From Podarcis pityusensis (Eukaryota): a stretch of 64,000 nt of DNA. The position numbers and the translations under genes are program-made. Under the pieces are notes generated by a model. That model made no database searches and had not been told where the DNA came from. It was given only the letters and a program-made list of their open reading frames with translations. Within the stretch, counting starts at the first letter, position 1. The number at the start of each line of letters is the position of its first letter. Below are positions 58,101-64,000 of this stretch, in pieces. Where the stretch lies: assembly GCA_964106645.2 (NCBI GenBank), contig OZ067051.1, one strand, 5' to 3'.

Positions 58101-61100
58101 TGCTTACTCCCAGCTAAGTCTCTAGTTCGGCATCTCAAGCACATTCATGAGGCAAATGGAACCCACATAGAAGGATGGTGTTGGAGCACAGTTTTTGGGG
58201 AGGGGCGTAGTTTTTGGGGGGGGCATCCAGAGATGGGATTTTCTGCTTCCTAAAGGAATTTCTTGGGCAAAGAGTGTCTCATAAGAAAGCCAGGAATGCT
58301 AGGATGGGGCTGATGGGCTTACTGTTGACTTTGTTGACGTTGCCCTGGATCTCTGCTTGAGTCAGCAGCTCTTCATACACGTCCCTTTCCCTTTCCATAT
58401 CCTCAGAGGCAATCTGAAGGAAGAAGGGAGAAAACAGCAGTCAGGACAGGAGCTGCCTTTGGGGAGCGGCGGCAAAAGCTTCCAAAGCTGGGAGGCGCTG
58501 GCATGGGGCTAAACAGGTTGGCGGATGCACTAGACCCACGTGGAGACACTGCTGCAAGGGCCTCTAGGCCTTCCTCCCCACTGCCCAAAAGCCAGAAGGC
58601 GCTTGGAGACTCAACACTGAGTTCCTGCAATGAAAGGGAACATTCCCTGTCCCCCACCCCCAACCTCCTCCCGGACCAAGCAGCGCTGCCAGAGGCACAT
58701 TCCCAAACAACTAGCAAGAAATTACTGAAGCATCTTGTGCAAGCCACGTGGCTGCAAGGCAATACCAGCTTTCAGAGCTGGATCCCAACACTGCAAAAGT
58801 GTATTCAATCAATCTACTGCAGTGTCAGGGAGCATTACTAAACTGAAGGCTGCATTCCTATCTGGGCAATCTTCCAGAGGCCACATACCAGCAGCACACA
58901 GGGCCAGAGGCAAAAGTGGGTGGAGCAACTGATGCAAATTTCACCTCTGCACAGTTCACAGTAGGCTAGTTACTACGCAAACCTAGAGTTTGCATTGCCA
59001 GACATCAAGCGCACATCCTACCAGACAAAAACACTCAAGGAGAGTAAACTGGACTGGGGAGGCATGTAGCTTAGGAGGGGGTGTGGCCTGGGGAGAGTAA
59101 CAATGTACAGTAATCACACTTTCCTTACTGCTTTGAGCTTTATAGGAAAAGTTGTGTGTTAACTATCACAGTCTGGTTTGAAGACAGACAGAAAGAAATT
59201 CAGCTTAGGTCACTTTCCTGCCAAGTTCCATGCAAGTCCCGATTCCTAGCCAAAGAGACTTTTCCTATTTTAATTCAAAAGCATAATGCGGCATGTGCAT
59301 CGGCAGGTCCTAGCACTGCGCTCATTCAAGCACATGCCCTGGAGAGGTGCAAGAGAAGAGCAGGGCACGGCAAGCCTTTCCTCCCCACAAGACAGAGCTA
59401 TCACCTTGTGGCAAGCCTGATCTACCCTGAGGCAGCTGTGGGTCGAAGCCATCAAAGCAATCTCTCCAGCTGCAGGTCTAAGCACTTCCACAATATGGAG
59501 CAAAAAGTGCCACGTGCAAACCTCATAGAGGTTTGGGTCATTCGGCGGTATACAAAATAAACTCTACCTTGTTCCGTGCATTTTCTGTCTTGTCCCGCTT
59601 CGCCTGGTACAGGGTGCTCTGGTAGGTGGGCGCAAGGGGCTCTTCCAGATTCACCAACATGGCATTGGGGTTCCTCATTGCCGCAAACGTTTCAGCAGGA
59701 ATCTGGCGGTCGATGGCGTCGTTGATTGCAATCACAGCAGCATGCACTGGAGAGAACACCAGGCACAGGCTCTGGTCAGTCACAGCCCCTGGAGATGCTC
59801 AACCCCACAAGCCCAAGCCCCTTCCTTTTCTTGGGAGGAGAACGTGGGCACTTGGGCAGAGAACAGGAGCTCTGGCAGCACAACACCGGCAAGCACCCGT
59901 GGCTGCAAAAGAGGTGCTCATCTCAGAAGGCAACCTCCAGGCCCTGCATGATATAAAACCTCTGCCACTTTTACAGACTGAATCCCTTCCATCATATTTA
60001 ATTCTTCCAATAGATTATGTCTCCATGGCAATGCTCTATCTCATACGACCAACCCGAAAAGGGTGAAACCCATTTCCCCTTACGTGCTGCTTCATCCACA
60101 GAGAGCTCGTTGGCCAAAATCCCACCAATCTTTCCAAAGGCAGGCATCTGAATCCCATACTTCTCCAGCTCGAGCCTCATGTTGCTGATTTCCTCCTCTG
60201 GAATAGCACAATGGAAAAGGACCAGCAGGTGAGCCCCAGGATATGCCCATATGCCCTTTTGAAAACACCTGGTAAAGGCAGGCAGGCAGCCAGCCAAGGG
60301 TTCAACAAAAAGGCAGCCAGTTATTTCCCCATCTCCTTCCCCCCTGCCATCCACAAATCCCAGTGACAGGTCCAGCCACTGGTGGAGGAGATAGCACCTG
60401 GGAAGGCCCCTACTCGAGAAGGCAAGGCCTGGTCCAAGTCTGGGGTTTGATCTTTAGCAGAAAGCAAAGGGAGGCTCTGCTGTCCAACCCAACAGCCAGA
60501 CGGTGCCCTTTCTAAAAACAGAAACTCGAGCCACTTCCTCCATGACCGACCCAAGGACAGGAAGGCAGGAGCTCCCCTCACCTGTGAAGTCCACTTTGCC
60601 ATACAGGTCTTGAATCTGCGGAGCCAATCCCAACTTGAACAGGTACAAACTGAGGGAAAATAAGGGACGATCAGACAGTGGGGTGGGGGGGTTGGTTTGG
60701 TTTGTTCTTTCTCTTGCTTCTATTATGCATTTTGAGTTTTTGTACTGCTTTTATGCTATGAACCTCCTGAGATCTTCAGATGAAGGGCGGAATACAAATT
60801 CAATAAATAATAAAATAATAATAATAACCCCTGGGGGAGATTAAAGGAGAAGCCACAGAAATGCTATTTGAAGGAAATTTTTGGGATCTCTTCCTCTTAC
60901 GACTTTTAGATTCAAGTTGCCTCTTGCCCTTAAGTCTTCTGCACATAGAAGATCTCCCCCTCCCAGAACAGGGCAAATTAGAAGCAGGGAGACTCCCTAA
61001 ATTCCCAAGAATAAATAGCTTCTCACCATGACAGAAACGGAGGGGGGGGATTGTTCTGTAGGGGGCAGGATTAATCACCCATCCATGCTGATGCTAGGAC

Positions 61101-62660
61101 AACCGATTCAGGACCGAGGCAGAAAAAGTTTAATTTCTTTTCTGGCCACCCTAGAAACTAATACTGTATACTGTTAGCATCAGCATGTTCAGTTTTCCAG
61201 GCAGGAACTATGGGTGCATGGTTTAATTTTTGATAGAATCAACAAACATAATGTAAGCCCAGATGGGGTTTAAGCAGGCAGTTGAAAAGAATGCATTTCC
61301 TTGCCAACAAAGCAAGGAAAGTGAGAATTGACTGATTCTGCTGGGAAGCAGACTGTTGGTGCCTGTTACCTTTCTAAGAGACAGAGAGAAAGAGAAAGGG
61401 GCAGACAGGCAAGTATGTTTCTTCCAGCCTCAAAACATCATCTGTTGTATCGCCTCACCTGCGCCCCTCTGTGTGATTACCTGAGTGCGTGAATGCAGTA
61501 GATGCAGCGTGGCATGTTCTTCCGGTCATAGATGTCTGTTGTTTCTGGGTAAAAAATCTGAACGCAAAGAGAAAAAGGCTCACTGATTCCTCCACATGCT
61601 TGGCAGAGCAAAACAGAGCTCACTCCACTGTGCCCACAAGCTCAGTCCTTTTGTGGGGAGGGGGGAACAGGGAGAAGAGAGGGGACACTCTGCAGCAAGG
61701 AAGAGTTGGCAGGAGGGAGAAACATGACGACTATGCCAAGAACCTGGAGTGAAGAGGTAAAGTGGTTTGGAGTGCTCCAGTCTTGGTTCCCATGTGCCTA
61801 TTTCTTCTGCCAACACCCCACCCTCCACCTTCAAAGACTCCTTCCGTTCCCAGTCCAGGCAAAGTTACCTTGGGGAGGCCAATCTCTGCCATTGCATTCA
61901 GCCACTGAATCACGTTGTCTGTATGCCGGAAGTGGAGGCCCGTAGCCTGAAACGCAGAGGAAAAAGCGGGAGATGTGAAGGAAGGTGCATTGTAAGTTTC
62001 TTTAAAACTGCTTTTGGTATTGTGTTTTAGTATTGTAACCTGCCCTGAGACCTTAGGGTGAAGGGCAGGTAATAAGTAAATAAATAAAACAACGGAGAAA
62101 CATCATGCACGCAGGCAGACTGTGTTCAGGTGGATCAGCCCCCTTCACCCCAGAAGCCAGGGATTTGGGGTGGGGGTGGGAGTCGTGTTGACACATTTCT
62201 GTGCAAAAGCTTCCGCCTGAGCCTCACCATAGCTGCAAGGGCCTTCAGAAAGCATCCCATGCTCTCCTCTAAGGAAGACTTTCTGCGATCAACAAATGAA
62301 ACTGAGACTATTCGCATACTTTCTTATTGCTAGTGAAAAGCCATGCACCAATTTTTAGGAAACGAAATAAAAATTGGGGCACACCAACTGTGACACATCT
62401 TCTCATATATCCTGCTCTGGGCTTTCCAACAGCTGCAGTTGGGCCAATTGCTTATTTCTGCCCCCGCGAGATGCTTCATTACAGAAGAAAAATGCTTGCC
62501 TACCTTATACCTGGTCTGCTCCCGGTCGTAGATCTTCTTGAGAGACACCACTTTGGGGGAGAAAAAGTTTCCAAGTTTGGCCAGGTAGACCCCGTTCCTG
62601 AGCCCCTCCTCCAGCTCCGTTGTGGGGGGCAACTCTTCATTGAGGCAGGCCTCCATCCAC
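35154..62660 (-). CDS. IQGAP1: Ras GTPase-activating-like protein IQGAP1, 5'-partial, coding exons 3-38
   Basis: 36 exons in transcript order: 62660-62504, 61946-61869, 61557-61481, 60649-60582, 60197-60084, 59746-59568, 58413-58323, 57878-57715, 57275-57191, 56424-56261, 55479-55319, 54778-54654, 53476-53313, 52500-52410, 51654-51487, 51226-51081, 50094-49924, 49098-49015, 47949-47878, 47680-47611, 47105-46897, 46271-46116, 46011-45848, 45097-44873, 44137-43997, 43892-43808, 42408-42176, 41507-41375, 41081-40979, 40626-40488, 39043-38956, 38727-38515, 38306-38140, 37774-37652, 37078-36970, 35267-35154. Domains: CH (EEGLRNGVYLAKL), WW, IQ motifs, GRD (YYRYMNPAIVAP), RGCT. The end NLLIFLLNKKFYGK* is IQGAP1-type. 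Confidence 0.97.
39370..39520 (+). mobile_element. L2 LINE ORF2 fragment
   Basis: CTGAAGCAGTTGCACTGGCTGCCAATT encodes LKQLHWLPI, the L2 C-terminal LHWLP motif. Confidence 0.6.
41118..41215 (-). mobile_element. L2 LINE 3' tail fragment
   Basis: Reverse complement of the 3' end of the 51752-52111 element (CCGCCCATCTGACTGGGTTGCCCCAG) with an (ATA)n tail. Confidence 0.65.
43571..43623. repeat. (AG)n microsatellite
   Basis: Seen directly. Confidence 0.95.
43752..43785. repeat. (GT)n microsatellite
   Basis: Seen directly. Confidence 0.95.
50451..50488. repeat. (ATT)n microsatellite, probably a LINE tail
   Basis: Seen directly; follows a decayed L2-like 3' region. Confidence 0.9.
51752..52111 (+). 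mobile_element. Young 5'-truncated L2 LINE, antisense within IQGAP1 intron 16
   Basis: RAFSVVAPAL...FRRHLKAALFREAF ORF2 end, 3'UTR GGAAGCCGCCCAGAG...GGGCGGGGTATAAATAATAAA and an (TAT)n tail. CpGs retained. Confidence 0.85.
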
Positions 62661-63165
62661 CTACAAGCAGGAGGGGTGGGGGAGAAGGACGTGAGTTGGG
62701 AAAGAGACCACCCAGTTCTAGCTTTTTATTTTTTACGCTTGCGTGCCTGCCTTTCAACAAATAACTACCAAGGATGGCTCATAAGGAATTAATAAGATCA
62801 ACTGCGGTGGGGAAGGGCTGTGGAACTACATTCCTGACCCCACTTGGGAGTCCAGCCCAGAAACACCCTCATCCAAGAGCATCTGGACCTGCACACAGAC
62901 AAAGCACCTGCTTGAGCATCTGGCCCAGAAAGGAACTCTCCCTCCTGCAGAGGCTTCCTTGGTCAGTCATCTGCCACTGCCGGTTCTCCCAAGGAGGCAC
63001 AGCCATTAATAATGGTCTCTTGGGCCTGCTAGCCAAGTGGTCCCCTCCAACTACCTGTTATAAGTAAAGATGGCCAAGAATCAAGCTGGCAGGCCCCAAG
63101 GCTAAGGCTGGCCGATATCTGGTTTTCAACATTGTGATATATCACCAGTTAAACATTGTGATATA

Positions 63166-63388
63166 CAGTGGTACCTCTGGTTACGTACTTAATTAGTTCC
63201 GAAGGTCCGTTCTTAACCTGAAACTGTTCTTAACCTGAAGCACTTTAGCTAATGGGGCCTCCTGCTGCCACCGCACCACCGGAGCACAATTTCTGTTCTC
63301 ATCCTGAAGCAAAGTTCTTAACCCGAGGTACTATTTCTGGGTTAGCAGAGTCTGTAACCTGAAGCGTATGTAACCCGAGGTACCACTG
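63166..63388. mobile_element. Tigger/pogo-type MITE
   Basis: Perfect TIR CAGTGGTACCTC / GAGGTACCACTG with TA duplication on both sides. Confidence 0.92.
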
Positions 63389-63597
63389 TACCAATATATT
63401 GTATAACAATGTCTGAAATAAAGATGGAACTATGTAGAGGGGAACAGTAGGGCTGGGTGATATCTGGTTTTCAACTTTGTGATATACCACCAGCTAAACA
63501 TCTCAATATTCTGATATATCACAATGACTGAAATACGGATGGAGATATATAGAGGCATTGGCGGGCTTCACAGTTTTTCCCATGTTGTGAGTTTTGC

Positions 63598-63600
<3 letters not shown>

Positions 63601-63632
<32 letters not shown>
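63601..63632. repeat. (AC)n microsatellite inside the hAT element
   Basis: Seen directly. Confidence 0.95.
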
Positions 63633-63633
<1 letters not shown>

Positions 63634-63836
63634 GTATTAAATCCAGGTCAAAAACTAGGAAAACAATATAATATCATGATATGGACTTCAAACCAGTTTT
63701 GAACAATATATTGCCTAGCCCTACCCAAGGCAAACTCCTTTGAGAACATTCTCCACCACTTTGGGTTTCAACAGCTGAACAGCATCACACAGAGCATAAG
63801 CAGAGGTGACCCTCAGCCTCTTTGCCCAGTGACTGA

Positions 63837-63859
63837 GCAGCAGCAGCAGCAGCAGCAGC
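63837..63859. repeat. (CAG)n microsatellite
   Basis: Seen directly. Confidence 0.9.
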
Positions 63860-64000
63860 CCTCCTCGCAGGGGTGTTGGTTGTACAGTATGTTTCAGTCG
63901 CTGTACTGGCTTCCCTCAAGCTGTCATAGTGAAGACAATCCAGCTAGCTTCAGGTTCTGCCCCCTCAATTCCAAAAGGACCGAGAAAAGACCTTCCAGGC

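Larger units (their letters stand above)
63103..63723. mobile_element. hAT non-autonomous element with duplicated left end and a nested Tigger MITE
   Basis: TIRs TAAGGCTGGCCGATAT / ATATTGCCTAGCCCTA, perfect 8-bp TSD CCCAAGGC (63095-63102, 63724-63731), and a second left end TAGGGCTGGGTGATAT at 63448. Confidence 0.85.

Noticed and set aside
35154-62660. Assignment as IQGAP2, IQGAP3 or a novel paralog
   Set aside because: The C-terminus NLLIFLLNKKFYGK, the KPREMKGKKSKKISLKY segment and the exon sizes fit IQGAP1.

Overview
Vertebrate genomic DNA, most likely a squamate (lacertid-like lizard), inferred from a Sauria SINE, a tRNA-head/CR1-tail SINE, and squamate-type CR1, L2, hAT and Tigger elements. 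It holds five compact spliced genes: KCTD5 (+, exons 2-6; exon 1 is upstream of the window), UBE2I/UBC9 (+, complete, 158 aa), TSR3 (-, complete, 340 aa), GNPTG (+, complete, 313 or 332 aa; head-to-head with TSR3) and IQGAP1 (-, exons 3-38; exons 1-2 lie beyond the window). All exons were located by hand with GT-AG boundaries and consistent phase. Main leads: (1) several candidate alternative C-terminal exons in the last KCTD5 intron, the best being an acidic [14 protein letters not shown] cassette whose stop should escape NMD; (2) a chain of minus-strand exon-like blocks that could be a UBE2I-divergent antisense transcript interleaved with KCTD5; (3) face-to-face poly(A) signals 16 bp apart for GNPTG and IQGAP1, at a synteny junction; (4) apparent exonisation of TSR3 intron 1; (5) an hAT MITE inserted in the GNPTG intron-1 pyrimidine tract that may supply the branch point; (6) no BAIAP3 between UBE2I and TSR3. 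Comparisons with human genes are from memory, and no database search was run.
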